From a candidate division FCPU426 bacterium (GTDB lineage: Bacteria > Oederibacteriota > Muellerivitia > Muellerivitales > Muellerivitaceae), in contig PLZG01000064.1 of the NCBI GenBank assembly GCA_003152075.1, positions 31 through 64,030 on the forward strand: a DNA stretch of 64,000 bases. The letters are read 5' to 3'. Of this stretch, positions 46,670 to 57,800 are shown piece after piece (position 1 is the first letter of the stretch; every line of letters begins with the position of its first letter). A program made the translations under genes and the position numbers. The notes under the pieces are model-generated. The model saw only the letters and a program-made list of their open reading frames with translations, ran no database searches and was not told where the DNA came from.

Positions 46670-49264
46670 ATGGATATCAATAAATTCACCCTTAACGCCC
46701 AAAATGCCCTGCAGGCGGCCCAATCGCTGGCCGGCGAATATGGCCATGCCCAGTTGGACGACGAACACCTGATGCTCACCCTTTTACAACAGGAAGAAAG
46801 CGTAGTGCCGCCCCTCCTCAAGAAGATCGGCGTGGACCCAGCTTTGCTGGAAAAGGCCCTGGAAAAGGATTTGAAAGGCCTGCCCAAGGTGGAAGGTGGG
46901 GGGCAAATCTTCGCCACGCCCCGGCTGGCCAAGGTCCTCGACCAAGCCCACAAGGAAGCGGACAAGATGAAGGATGAGTATGTCTCCACCGAGCACTTAT
47001 TCCTGGCGCTTTTAGACGCGCCGCACGCCCAAGGTTACGGCGAGGACTGGGGAGTGAAGGGCCTCACCAAACGCTACGGTTTGAATCGCGACAATGTTTT
47101 GAAAGCCCTCTCCGAAGTCCGGGGTTCCACCCGCGTGACCGACCAGAATCCGGAGGGCAAGTACCAGGCCCTGGAAAAATATGGCAAGGATTTGTGCGAT
47201 CTAGCCCGCCGGGGAAAGCTTGATCCCGTTATCGGGCGCGATGAGGAAATCCGCCGGGTCATCCAGGTTCTCTCCCGCCGTACCAAGAACAATCCCGTAC
47301 TTATAGGAGAACCGGGCGTGGGCAAGACCGCCATTGCCGAAGGTTTAGCTGGGCGTATCGTTTCCGGGGACGTGCCGGAAGGTTTGAAGGGCAAGAAGGT
47401 CATCTCGCTGGATATCGGGGCCATGGTGGCCGGCGCCAAGTTCCGTGGCGAATTCGAGGATCGCTTGAAGGCTTTCCTGAAGGAAGTCACCGAAAGCGAA
47501 GGCCAGATCATCCTCTTTATCGACGAGCTGCATAACCTGGTAGGGGCCGGAAAGGCCGAAGGCTCCATGGACGCTTCCAATATGTTAAAGCCCGTCCTGG
47601 CGCGAGGGGAACTGCGGGCCATCGGCGCCACGACACTAGACGAATACCGCAAGTACATCGAGAAGGACCCGGCCCTGGAACGCCGCTTCCAACAGGTCTT
47701 TGTGGGTGAGCCCTCTGTGCCGGATACCATTTCCATCCTCCGGGGCTTGAAGGAACGCTACGAATTGCACCATGGGGTGCGCATCCAGGATTCGGCCCTG
47801 GTGGCTTGCGCGGTGCTTTCCAACCGCTACATCACCAACCGCTTCCTGCCCGACAAGGCCATCGATCTGATGGACGAGGCCGCTTCCAAACTGCGCATTG
47901 AGATCGATTCCATGCCCGTGGCGCTGGACGAGGTGGAACGCAAGATCCGCCAACTGGAAATTGAGAAACAGGCCCTACAGAAAGAGAAGGATGAGGCTTC
48001 CAAGGAACGCCTGGCCCGCCTGGAAAAGGAAATGGCGGACCTGAAGGAAAACTCCTCCGGAATGAAAGCCCGGTGGCAGGGGGAAAAGAAGGCCATCCAG
48101 GATTTGCGGAAGGCCAAGGAAGAAATCGACACCCTCAAGCTCCAGGAAACCAAGTTAGAGCGGGAAGGCAAGCTCGATAAGGTGGCTGAAATCCGCTACG
48201 ACAAGGTTCCTAAACTACAGGCGCAATTAAAAGAACTGGAAGCCAAGCTGGCCGAGGTCCAGAAAAAGGGAGCCATGTTAAAGGAAGAGGTTACCGACCA
48301 GGAAATCGCCGAGATCGTGGCCAAGTGGACGGGCATCCCGGTTTCCAAAATGATGGAAGGGGAGACGGAAAAGCTTATTCACCTGGAAGACGCCTTGAGG
48401 AAAAGGGTCGTGGGGCAGGAAGAGGCTGTCGAGGCCGTATCCAACGCCATCCGCCGGTCCCGTTCGGGGCTATCCGACCCGAACAAGCCCCTAGGCTCGT
48501 TCCTCTTTGTGGGGCCCACGGGCGTGGGCAAGACCGAGCTGGCGAAGGCGCTGGCTTCTTATCTATTCGACGACGAGAAGATGATGGTGCGCATCGACAT
48601 GAGCGAGTATATGGAGAAACATTCGGTCTCCAGGCTCTTAGGCGCCCCTCCGGGCTATGTGGGTTATGACGAAGGCGGGCAATTGACCGAGGCGGTTCGC
48701 CGCAGGCCCTATTGCGTCATTCTTTTTGACGAGGTGGAAAAGGCCCACGCTGACGTGTTCAATGTCCTGCTCCAGGTGCTGGATGACGGCCGACTGACTG
48801 ATTCCCAAGGCCGGGTGGTGGATTTCAAGAATACCGTGCTGATTATGACAAGTAACATTGCTTCCCAGGCCATTATGGAATCCAAGGCCACGGATAAGGA
48901 CCTAAAGGATGCCCTGCAAAAGGAATTGCGCCAGTTCTTCCGGCCCGAATTCCTCAACCGTATCGACGATATCGTGATTTTCCACAGGCTCAAGGAAGAC
49001 CAGTTGGAATCCATCGTGGATATTCAGTTGGATGGCTTAAGGGCCCGCCTGGCGGATAAAAAGATCAAGCTGGAAATGTCCAAGGGCGCTTTGGTTTATC
49101 TCGCCGAGCGCGGTTATGACCCGGTTTATGGGGCTCGTCCTCTAAAAAGATTAATTCAACACGAACTCGTGGATAAGATGGCCCTGAAGCTCCTCGACGG
49201 AGAGATCAAGGACGGCCAGACGGTCAAAGTTGATGTTAAGAGTGGTGAATTAATCATTAAGTAA
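46670..49264 (+). CDS. clpB: ATP-dependent chaperone / disaggregase ClpB
   Basis: The product is 864 aa. It has an N domain, two AAA+ modules (GEPGVGKT and GPTGVGKT Walker A boxes) and a long middle coiled coil. Confidence 0.95.
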   Translation: MDINKFTLNAQNALQAAQSLAGEYGHAQLDDEHLMLTLLQQEESVVPPLLKKIGVDPALLEKALEKDLKGLPKVEGGGQIFATPRLAKVLDQAHKEADKMKDEYVSTEHLFLALLDAPHAQGYGEDWGVKGLTKRYGLNRDNVLKALSEVRGSTRVTDQNPEGKYQALEKYGKDLCDLARRGKLDPVIGRDEEIRRVIQVLSRRTKNNPVLIGEPGVGKTAIAEGLAGRIVSGDVPEGLKGKKVISLDIGAMVAGAKFRGEFEDRLKAFLKEVTESEGQIILFIDELHNLVGAGKAEGSMDASNMLKPVLARGELRAIGATTLDEYRKYIEKDPALERRFQQVFVGEPSVPDTISILRGLKERYELHHGVRIQDSALVACAVLSNRYITNRFLPDKAIDLMDEAASKLRIEIDSMPVALDEVERKIRQLEIEKQALQKEKDEASKERLARLEKEMADLKENSSGMKARWQGEKKAIQDLRKAKEEIDTLKLQETKLEREGKLDKVAEIRYDKVPKLQAQLKELEAKLAEVQKKGAMLKEEVTDQEIAEIVAKWTGIPVSKMMEGETEKLIHLEDALRKRVVGQEEAVEAVSNAIRRSRSGLSDPNKPLGSFLFVGPTGVGKTELAKALASYLFDDEKMMVRIDMSEYMEKHSVSRLLGAPPGYVGYDEGGQLTEAVRRRPYCVILFDEVEKAHADVFNVLLQVLDDGRLTDSQGRVVDFKNTVLIMTSNIASQAIMESKATDKDLKDALQKELRQFFRPEFLNRIDDIVIFHRLKEDQLESIVDIQLDGLRARLADKKIKLEMSKGALVYLAERGYDPVYGARPLKRLIQHELVDKMALKLLDGEIKDGQTVKVDVKSGELIIK

Positions 49265-49335
49265 CTGTCATTAGGAGGCACCCCAATCGGGGTGTTTGCT
49301 GATGTGGCAACCGCAAGTGCAATTTATAGGTTTCT
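49265..49335 (+). repeat. Diverged unit of MITE-like element B including a terminator-like hairpin directly after clpB stop
   Basis: CTGTCATTAGGAGGCACCCCAATCGGGGTGTTTGCTG...GCAACCGCAAGTGCAATTTATAGG has the same architecture as the 46495 and 61534 units. Confidence 0.5.
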
Positions 49336-49803
49336 TCCTTTTCGAAAAATAAACAGGGAAAACGGTTTTTCCCAAGCGGGACATCCCTATTCGGGGGGGT
49401 GGCCGTTGGGTGAAGTTGGTGTTTGTGGCACCAGGGTGATAGCCTGTTTCTAGAAGATGACTTCCCGAAAGAAGTCCTCTTTCATCGTTTTTTCAGGCCC
49501 GGCCTGCAGCCGGGTTTGCCATCCGAGCCGTTCCATTGGTTTGCCCACCAAAGATTTCATTCATCCCGGTCTTCCTGTCCTTTGGAGTTGCACTCTTGAG
49601 GCGGGAGTCCGGTTTTTCAGTCCCCGGCCTGGGTATTTTCATGCCGGGACTGTTTTCCGTTTCACCCACGAAATTATGGCCTATTGACGAGGAAAGCCAT
49701 GGTTTCCTTCCACGAGGACCGGCTTTGGGAGCCGGCCCCGGGACCACCCCACCTAGGCTGAAACCTAGCCCATCGATGATCGGTGTTTCGCTAGGAGGAT
49801 GCG

Positions 49804-50085
49804 ATGAGAAAAGTAAAACTGGTCTCGTTTTTGGTTTTGAGCTTGGCCCTGTCGGTAGCGCTCCCCGCCTTGGTTTTGGGGCAATCAGTGCCTAAGCCCC
49901 CCGGCGGAAAGCCAACCCCTGTTCCCACATCGACCCCGACCCCTGTCATCGGGGATGACGATGGCGATGTGGACGAGGACGGGGTGGGTTGCTTGGGGGC
50001 GCTGGATTTCCTGTGCAATTGGGGTGGATGTTATCACTTCTACTATTCCAAGTTCGACGGCCAGGGGAGATGCGAACGCCAATAA
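49804..50085 (+). CDS. Small secreted Cys-rich peptide (hypothetical)
   Basis: 93 aa. The RBS aggagg lies 6 nt upstream. The signal peptide MRKVKLVSFLVLSLALSVALPALVLG is followed by a PT linker, an acidic stretch and 4 Cys (CLGALDFLCNWGGCYHF...GRCERQ). A terminator follows. Confidence 0.45.
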   Translation: MRKVKLVSFLVLSLALSVALPALVLGQSVPKPPGGKPTPVPTSTPTPVIGDDDGDVDEDGVGCLGALDFLCNWGGCYHFYYSKFDGQGRCERQ

Positions 50086-50108
50086 AACTGGAGAAGGTGC
50101 AATTGGGG

Positions 50109-50150
50109 CCGGTTCCCTTTGGGTAGCCGGCCTTTTTTTATTTATTGAGG
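50109..50150 (+). terminator. Rho-independent terminator
   Basis: The sequence is ggccggttccctttgggtagccggcctttttttattt. Confidence 0.6.
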
Positions 50151-50199
50151 AGGTCCATGGAAAAGCGCCAAAGGGGCCAGCATGGCCCTTTTGGCGCTC

Positions 50200-50329
50200 T
50201 TTAAAAAGATTAATTCAGCATGAACTTGTGGATAAAATGGCCTTGAAGCTCCTCGATGGGGAGATCAAGGATGGCCAGACGGTGAAAGTGGATTTTTCTA
50301 AAGGTGGGAAATTAATCATTAAGGTTTAA
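50200..50329 (+). pseudogene. Remnant copy of the clpB 3' end (last ~42 codons, ~85% nt identity to 49140-49264)
   Basis: It encodes [42 protein letters not shown]. The clpB C terminus is [40 protein letters not shown]. Confidence 0.75.
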
Positions 50330-50344
50330 CAAAAGAGGTTTGTC

Positions 50345-50539
50345 ATGCCAGCCAAGCCATCTCCTAAAAAATCCGGGTTGTCCCCCGACTACCATTACGA
50401 CGCTGATCATGATCAAGTCGAAATCCTCTGGAAATGCCTGCGCTGCGGCGAACTGATGCCGCGGGGTTCCCAACCTCCCGATAAATGTCCTTCCTGCGGC
50501 GCCCCCAAGACGGAATTCGTTTTATTGGATGAGGATTAG
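50345..50539 (+). CDS. Small zinc-ribbon protein (2x CxxC)
   Basis: 64 aa carrying CLRCGELMP...CPSCGAP. Its stop is immediately followed by MITE-like element A. Confidence 0.4.
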   Translation: MPAKPSPKKSGLSPDYHYDADHDQVEILWKCLRCGELMPRGSQPPDKCPSCGAPKTEFVLLDED

Positions 50540-50700
50540 AACCTCTAACAAAATTCAAAGGCATTGAAACAGGGATGGACGCAGACGTGCTACGCACGCG
50601 CAGATATGAAGAAAACAAGAAGTTTTAAGCTTTTTAATCGGCGTTCATCAGCGTTTATCACTGTTCCAAGGATTTTTGTTAGAGCCTCTTAATCTCTTTT
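50540..50700 (-). repeat. MITE-like element A, second copy (inverted relative to 17140-17300)
   Basis: It has terminal inverted repeats CTCTAACAAAAT...GATTTTTGTTAGAG and an internal palindrome gacgcagacgtgctacgcacgcgcag. Confidence 0.7.
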
Positions 50701-50714
50701 CGACGGAGAAAAAC

Positions 50715-51103
50715 ATGAGGGAAGTCAAAGTTTCGAAGGGGCCCGGCCAGCTGGCCCAACAGGTGGAGATCGGCCCCATCACTTGACCGCCGATGAGCCC
50801 ACGACCAACCAGGGGGAGGATTTGGGCCCCAATCCCTTCGAGTACCTGGCTGCCGCCCTGGGCGCCTGCACGGCCCTGACCGCCAAACTTTACGCGAAGC
50901 GGAAGGAATGGCCCCTGGAGGACACCGACGTCCGGGTCGCCCTCACCCGGCAGGATGATTTGACGGTCTTTGACCGGAAGGTGAAATTCGTGGGGAATCT
51001 GGACCAGGCCCAAAGGGAACGGCTTCTGGAGATCGTCAACCATTGCCCGGTCCATAAGGCCCTTACCGGCCGCATCCGGGTTGATACGGCGCTTGTGGAA
51101 TAA
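50715..51103 (+). pseudogene. OsmC/YhfA-family protein gene with a -1 frameshift in a C-run (pseudogene or homopolymer sequencing error)
   Basis: Frame A reads MREVKVSKGPGQLAQQVEIGPIT*. The shifted frame continues (P)HHLTADEPTTNQGEDLGPNPFEYLAAALGACTAL...VNHCPVHKAL, the OsmC core. One extra C in ggcccc at ~50772-50777 would restore a single ORF. Confidence 0.5.
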
Positions 51104-51127
51104 TTTTCCGGCCTAAAGGAGAACCGC

Positions 51128-51466
51128 GTGGCGATAACCAAGGAAGAACTGCTGGAAAAGATGAAGGAAAAGAATGTGGTGGTCCTGGATGTCCTGCCCT
51201 TTGCGGATTATGAAAAGCTGAGGATCAAGGGGTCGGATAGCTTGCCGATCATCGGAATACGCCCGGAGGTTTTCGCCCGGGCGGTCGAGGCCAAATACGG
51301 GAAGGACAAGTTCTTCGTTACTTATTGTTCCGGCTTTCCTTGCCGCCATTTCATGGAAGCGGCCGATGCCCTCGTCAAACAGGGCCTTCAAGCGCAGGGT
51401 TATCCGGGCGGTATCCAGGAATGGGCCGAATCGGGACTGCCGGTGGAAGGAACCCAGGTCAAATAA
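51128..51466 (+). CDS. Single-domain rhodanese-like sulfurtransferase
   Basis: 112 aa. ...VVVLDVLPFADYEKLRIKGSDSLPI...FFVTYCSGFPCRHF is the active-site Cys loop. Confidence 0.7.
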   Translation: MAITKEELLEKMKEKNVVVLDVLPFADYEKLRIKGSDSLPIIGIRPEVFARAVEAKYGKDKFFVTYCSGFPCRHFMEAADALVKQGLQAQGYPGGIQEWAESGLPVEGTQVK

Positions 51467-51575
51467 ATCGACGGTCAAAGTGGATGTGTCCAAGGGCGGC
51501 CTGCCCTCCGACCTGCTTGCCGAAGCTTTAGCGTAGGCGGGAGCTTTATGCGTAGGAGGGGGAACTAATGATTAA
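51300..51575 (+). repeat. Repeat R copy 1 (3' ~170 nt of rhodanese gene + ~100 nt downstream ending in clpB-C-terminus-like tag)
   Basis: It is the template for the copies at 54267-54590 and 62536-62730. The downstream part encodes TVKVDVSKGG...GELMIK*. Confidence 0.8.
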
Positions 51576-51680
51576 GTCGTAAAGTGTTAAATGGTCAATG
51601 TTCCCCGGTGACAACAAAGATAAGCTTCTGACAGCCTCCCCCTCTATCCCATAGTCTAAATTTGCCATTTTCCCTTATTA

Positions 51681-54266
51681 ATGGCCATGGCATGTCCTAT
51701 GCACCCTCAATCCAAACGACTTTTTCCTTTTGCCGGAGAGGTGTGCGTGGAAATAAGGAAGTTTTCCCCAAAATTTCGGTTGTTTGGTCCTTTCGGATTT
51801 ACAGGTCCCTCCAGGTCGCAAACCCGGTATTGGACAAGGGGTATCTTCTTGGCCGTGAGCCTCTTCTGGGGGATCACCCAACCCGGAACTAGCCAACAGC
51901 TTGGAATCTTCACGGTCGGCAGCACTGTTTATCCCACCCAGGGTTTGCGGCGTGTGGCCAAGATTGTGTTGAGCAATACGAACTATCAAGGGCTTTACGG
52001 CGCGGCGATCGACGCGGCCAACGGTTACGCTTATTGGGTAGGACGCAACGGCTCGCTCAGTAAAATCAATTTGACGACCTTCACCGAGGAAAGCACGATC
52101 GTCGGCCTCGGGCAATCCTATGGTTCTTTTGTCGATGACCCGAATGGATTTGGTTATTTTGAATCCGGGGCGAATATCTATAAGGTAAAACTTGGCGGCC
52201 CCGCGGTGCTTCCCATACTAGAAGCCACGCTTGTTCCCGGTGGAAATTTTTACGGCGGGGTGATTGATAAGAGCAACGCGGACCCCACCAAGCATTACAT
52301 CTATTTTATCGATGGCAATAAACCCGCAACGGTCTACAAGTATTTGCTGCCCTCGCCCTCCGGTGGTGACTTGGATAATAAACTGCCCACTTTGGTGGGT
52401 TCGGTTCTCTTAAACAGCCCTAACTTTCCTACTACGGGTTTCACCTACCATGGTGTGATAGACACCGGAGCCGGCTTCGCCTACTTTTCCGGTTTTAACA
52501 CCAATCAGATAGCCAAAATCGCCCTGAATGGGGCGGGTACCCCCACCGAAGTTGGCGTCATAACAACAACCGATCCGGCGACCACTGCTTATGGTTTCCT
52601 CCCTGATATTGACGCGACCGGCGCGACCCATTACGCCTATTTGGGAACCTATGTACCTCACGTGCTTGCGGATGTGGTTAAGATCAACCTGACGAGTTTT
52701 ACCGAGGTCTCCAACGCGACACTCAACTCGGGGACAGGAGGCTGTAACGGCCCCACCGCAATGGAACAAATGCTTTCCGCCGGGCTGGGCGATTCGACCA
52801 GCGGCTATACGGTTTATGGAACGGACGGCGTTTTTCCGATGAAGGTTTTCAAGATCAAGAACAACGCCGGTAATTTGGCTCCAACCGAAAACGCCGGGGC
52901 GCCCCTTTCGCTCCTGGGGGGGACAAGCGTTCCACCTTGTGATGGAAATGCCGGAGTAGCCGATGCCTCTCCCGATGGCGGCCTCACTTATCCCTATGGG
53001 GAAGTTTTTGCCCAGGGTTCGGTGATCGACAATGGGGCCGGTTACGCTTATTTTGGAACCGATAGTGGACCGGGACAAATAATAAAGGTAGCCTTCTCTC
53101 AAAAAGCGGCCATCAAGGGAACAAAGGTTGTGTTGGCCCAAGCGGTCACCGTAAACGACCTCAATTTTTATTCCACCGCGGCGGGCGGGCATGTGCGTCT
53201 GGCCATTTACGACAATGCCGCCACTCCCAACCTGCTTTGGGATTCGGGCGCGTTGGTCAATGGCGCTACCGGATGGATCACGGCCACCATCGCTTCGGGT
53301 AGCCCCTCTTCCCTGACCCTCAACCCCGGAACTTACTGGCTGTGCTGGCAAGTGGATACCACGTTGGACATTCCCAGCTACAGTTCGGGAAACCCGGGCG
53401 ACGGTTTTTTACAGGATCAGGCTTTCGGGGCTTATCCGGGAATCTTGAACACAACCCAAAGTACCTCCGAAACCTGGAGCGAGTACCTGGATTACACCGT
53501 TTCCGGGGCTACCCCCAGCGCGACAGCTTCCCCGACTCCGACATTAACTCCAACACAAACGGGGACCAATACCTTGACGTCTACGCCGACAAGTACTCCT
53601 TCGAGCACTCCCACCACCACACCCAGCAATAGCCCGACGAATACAGCCACCAACAGTCCGATTCCAAGTCCCACCAATACGGGAACCCTTGCCCCCACCA
53701 ATACCGCAACGAGTAGCCCTACGAATACGTCCACGAACACGCCTTCTCAAACGCCAACATCCACGGCCACGAATAGCTTGACCCCGACCGCATCCAACAG
53801 CCCAAGCGCGACGGCGACAGCATCCTTGACCAACAGCCCGACTTTGTCGCCCACAGGGACGGCCTCATCGACACCGACTTTGACCCCAACCCAAACGGAA
53901 ACAGGCACACCGACGAATACCCTGTCCGCTACTCCCACCGGGTCACTTACCAACACCCCAACCCCGGCGGTGACGGGAGTGGTGATCGGGCTACCCTATC
54001 CCAATCCCATCCGGGGCGAAGGGCCCCTTAACATTGACGTGCAGGGCCCATCGGGAACTACCCTTACCTGGGATGTTTTTACGGCGGCTTATCGTAAGAT
54101 CGCGGGCGGCTCCCAGCCTGTTTCGGGAAGCACTACCATCGCCTGGGACCTAACCGATAAGTTTGGCACCCCCGTGGCCAACGGCCTCTATTACATCCGG
54201 ATCAAGGTGACGGTGGGTGGGGCAGTGACCACTAAAATTTTGAAGGTACTTGTCTTAAATCATTAA
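51681..54266 (+). CDS. Large secreted protein, beta-propeller-like repeats + Thr/Ser/Pro linker + T9SS-type C-terminal sorting domain
   Basis: A signal-like stretch GIFLAVSLFWGITQPGTS is present. Repeated GYAYW/GFGYF/GFAYF segments suggest a propeller. The linker spans 53510-53980. The C-terminal domain reads LPYPNPIRGEGPLNIDVQ...GLYYIRIKVTVGGAVTTKILKVLVLNH. The exact start is uncertain. Confidence 0.55.
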   Translation: MAMACPMHPQSKRLFPFAGEVCVEIRKFSPKFRLFGPFGFTGPSRSQTRYWTRGIFLAVSLFWGITQPGTSQQLGIFTVGSTVYPTQGLRRVAKIVLSNTNYQGLYGAAIDAANGYAYWVGRNGSLSKINLTTFTEESTIVGLGQSYGSFVDDPNGFGYFESGANIYKVKLGGPAVLPILEATLVPGGNFYGGVIDKSNADPTKHYIYFIDGNKPATVYKYLLPSPSGGDLDNKLPTLVGSVLLNSPNFPTTGFTYHGVIDTGAGFAYFSGFNTNQIAKIALNGAGTPTEVGVITTTDPATTAYGFLPDIDATGATHYAYLGTYVPHVLADVVKINLTSFTEVSNATLNSGTGGCNGPTAMEQMLSAGLGDSTSGYTVYGTDGVFPMKVFKIKNNAGNLAPTENAGAPLSLLGGTSVPPCDGNAGVADASPDGGLTYPYGEVFAQGSVIDNGAGYAYFGTDSGPGQIIKVAFSQKAAIKGTKVVLAQAVTVNDLNFYSTAAGGHVRLAIYDNAATPNLLWDSGALVNGATGWITATIASGSPSSLTLNPGTYWLCWQVDTTLDIPSYSSGNPGDGFLQDQAFGAYPGILNTTQSTSETWSEYLDYTVSGATPSATASPTPTLTPTQTGTNTLTSTPTSTPSSTPTTTPSNSPTNTATNSPIPSPTNTGTLAPTNTATSSPTNTSTNTPSQTPTSTATNSLTPTASNSPSATATASLTNSPTLSPTGTASSTPTLTPTQTETGTPTNTLSATPTGSLTNTPTPAVTGVVIGLPYPNPIRGEGPLNIDVQGPSGTTLTWDVFTAAYRKIAGGSQPVSGSTTIAWDLTDKFGTPVANGLYYIRIKVTVGGAVTTKILKVLVLNH

Positions 54267-54590
54267 AAGGACAAGTTCTTCATCACTTATTGCTCGGGTT
54301 TTCCCTGCCGCCATTTCATTGAAGCGGCCTATGCCCTCGTCCAACAGGGCCTTCAAGCGCAGGGTTATCCGGGCGGTATCCAGGAATGGGCCGAATCGGG
54401 ACTGCCGGTGGAAGGAACCCAGGTCAAATAAATCGACGGCAAAGCCTGCCCCGAGCTTGCCTGCGGTGAGCGACCGACCTGTCCCCAGAAGCTGCCTGTC
54501 TACCGAAGCTTTAACGTAGGTAGATAGCGTAGGGGGAAGGGAGTCGAATCCGGTCGGCGTGCCCAAGGGCGGGGAACTGATGATCAAGTA
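54267..54590 (+). repeat. Repeat R copy 2 (truncated rhodanese 3' end, begins exactly at the stop codon of the upstream gene)
   Basis: It encodes DKFFITYCSGFPCRHFIEAAYALVQQGLQAQGYPGGIQEWAESGLPVEGTQVK*, which is 93% identical to the rhodanese C terminus. The copy ends with ...VPKGGELMIK*. Confidence 0.8.
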
Positions 54591-54843
54591 AGTCGGCCTG
54601 CCCATCCCGCAAATTCCCGCGGATATTATTAACGCCTTGTAAAATAATCCGTTTTAAATCTATACCATTGCGGCAAACCCTGAATTCTCTCTTACTCCAC
54701 CCCCGGGTGGAGAAAATGATTGACTTTATAAACCCATGTTTTTATAAAAGGTAACTGTTTTCCCGCTTACACCGCTATTTCCCCACATAAGCCGGGTAGA
54801 AATTAAATTTTTTCCATTTCCATGGATACCAGGAGAGGTTTGC

Positions 54844-57800
54844 ATGAATTCACACTCATATAAGAAACGTTCGCGCCGGGCCATTTCCCTCACGGCGGTT
54901 ATCCTCACAGCCGCCTTTCTTTTCACCCCCTCCGGCAAACTTTGGGCGATCTGTACCCCCCTCACGGTGACCGTCACGACGACGGCAGGTGACACCAGCG
55001 CCGGGTCCTTGGGTGACGCCATCAACCAGATCAACGCCAGCCCGTGCGGCGGCACCATCAACCTTTCGGGCATCGCCACCGGCACCACCATCACCCTGAC
55101 AGGCAACCTTCCTTACATCACCCAGAGCGTGACCATTTTGGGTAACAACGTCAACGTCAGCGGGAACAGCAGTTACGGCATCCTCAACCTGGGCGGCGGG
55201 GTGAGCGTGGCCGCGGGATTGAACGACAGCATCTCCAATATCAATCTCATCAACGGCAAGGCCCAAGGCAGCAACGGCGGCAGTTACAACGAGGGCGGCG
55301 GCGGGGGATTGGGCGCGGGCGGCGGCATCTTCGTCAATTCGGGAGTGACCCTGACGGTCAACACCGTCAGTTTCAACGGTGATTCGGCGGTGGGCGGCAC
55401 GGGTGGAAACGTGACCAGCGTGGGTAATTTTAGCCCAGGGACTTACAGCGGCGGCGGCGGTGGGATCAACGGGTCGGGCGCGGGTGTGAATGGTTATTAC
55501 AGTAGCGGGGTTGAATACAGCGGCGCGGGCGGCGGCGTGAACGGAGGCACGGGTTCAACCGCGGATAATCAAAATGGCGGTAATGGCGGATGGGGCGGCG
55601 GCGGCGGCGCGGCGGGCTGGGGGGCCACTGGCGGCAATGGCGGTTTCGGCGGCGGTGGCGGGGGATCGGACTTGTTCCAGGGCGGCAATGGCGGTTTTGG
55701 TGGGGGCGGGGGCGCGGATGGCCTGGGTTATACGGGCGGGTTTGGGGGGGCTTACGGCGGCCGGGGCGGATGCAGCGGCTGTTACCAAAATGCGGACCAG
55801 GCGGGCGGCGGGGGCGCGGGATTGGGCGGCGGTATATTCTTGTACCAAGGCGCGGCGCTGAACATCGCCGGTAGTACCTTTACCAGCAACACGGTCCAAG
55901 GCGGGGCCCCCGGATTGGGGGCTGGCTCCATCAGTACGGGCGGACAGGGTTTGGGCCAGGATATTTTTACCTATGGTTCGGCGGTGGTTTTCAACGGTTC
56001 TTCCATTACTACCGTGCCGGACACAATCGCGGGCACGGGCAGTGTGGTCGTCTCGGGGACGGGTTCTGTCACCCTTTCGGCGGTCAACACTTATAGCGGC
56101 GGCACCACCCTTTCGGGCGGTCTATTAGCCATCGGCAACGACAATAATATGGGCACGGGCAATCTCACCTTCGATGGCGGGACCCTTTTCACCACCGCGG
56201 GAATCACCTCGTCCAAAGGCATTTCGGTCACCGGCAACGGCGGCACCTTCAACGGGAACGGCTTCAACTCCACCTTATCCGGGGCCATCACGGGCACGGG
56301 GCTTTTAGGGGTGAGGGGTTCGGGCGCTTTGACCCTGAGCGGGAACAACAGTTCCTTCAGCGGCGGACTCTCGGTCACGGGCGGGACGCTGGACATCGGC
56401 AACGCGAACAACCTGGGCACGGGAACCCTGACCCTGGATGGTTCCAAGCTTCAAACCACGGCGGGTGTGAACGCTTCGAACAACCTATCTTTGACCTCCA
56501 ACAACGGGACCATCGACACCAACGGGTTCAACTCCACCCTCAGCGGCACGATCAGCGGCAGCGGGGCTTTGACCAAGATCAACGCCGGGACCCTGACCCT
56601 GACGGGAACCAACAGCTACGGCGGCGGCACCACGTTGACCGCTGGAAGACTGAACATCAACAACGATAACAATTTGGGAACGGGCTTGCTGGCCTTGAAC
56701 GGCGGCGTGACCTTACAGACGGCGGCGGGCATCAATTCCGCCACCCGGTCCATCGTCCTGACGGGCAGCGACACTTTCGACTCGAACGGGTTCAATTCCA
56801 CCCTGGGCGGGACCATCAGCGGCAGTGGAGCTTTGACCAAGATCAGCGCGGGAACCTTGACCCTGACAGGCACCAACAGCTACGGCGGGGGCACCACGGT
56901 TTCCGGCGGCACCCTGAACATCAACAACGACAACAACCTGGGTTCGGGCTTGCTGGCCTTGAACAACGGGACGACCCTCCAGACGGCGGCGGGGATCAAT
57001 TCCGCCTCCCGGTCCATCGTCCTTACCGGGATCGATACCTTCGATTCCAACGGTTTCAATTCCACCCTGGGTGGGGTCGTGAGCGGCAGCGGCTCCTTGA
57101 CCAAGATCAGCGCGGGGAGCTTGACCTTGACCGGTACCAACACCTACACCGGCGGTACCACCTTGACCGGCGGCACCCTCAGCGTCGGCAACGACAACAA
57201 CCTGGGCACGGGCAACCTAACCTTCAACGGCGGCACCCTGCAGACGTCCGCGGGCATCACCTCGTCCAAGAACGTGGTATTGACCGGGAACAACGGCACC
57301 TTCGACAGCAACGGGTCCAACTCGACCCTTTCGGGCAATATCACCGGCACGGGCGGCTTGAACAAGAATGGCCTGGGCACCTTGACCCTTAGCGGTTCCA
57401 ACAGCTACAGCGGTTTCACCGATATCAACGCGGGGACGCTGGCCCTGGGCAGCTCGACCGCCCTTTCCTCTAATTTCACGGCGGTCACCATCGCCTCGGG
57501 CGCGGTCCTGGGCCTGGGCGGGTACAACGCCACCATCGGTTCCTTGAACGGGTCCGGCGGCGTCTCCCTGGGTTCGGGTTCCCTGACGGACGGCGGGAAC
57601 AACACGGGTGCTTCCTTCGGCGGGGTCATCTCCGGCACGGGCACCTTCGTGAAGGTCGGAAGCGCGGCCTTGACCTTGACGGGCACCAACACCTACAGCG
57701 GCGGCACCACCTTGAGCAACGGTACCTTGAGCGTCGGCAACGACAATAACCTGGGAACCGGGACCCTGACCCTCAACGGCGGCACCCTGCAGACCTCGGC

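Noticed and set aside
49480-49570. c-di-GMP-I (GEMM) riboswitch on the minus strand. The reverse complement contains GGGCAAACCAAUGG.
   Set aside because: The second conserved block (GGGACGCAAAGCC-like) and the overall two-hairpin architecture could not be found, so only a partial word match exists.
51113-51493. Minus-strand ORFs at 51113-51493, 54255-54605 and 62493-62717 whose products resemble each other (LTVDLFDLGSFHRQSRFGPFLDTARITLRLKAL...).
   Set aside because: Their similarity simply reflects the three R repeat copies read on the opposite strand. The plus-strand frame is the conserved rhodanese frame, and there is no independent evidence for an antisense gene.
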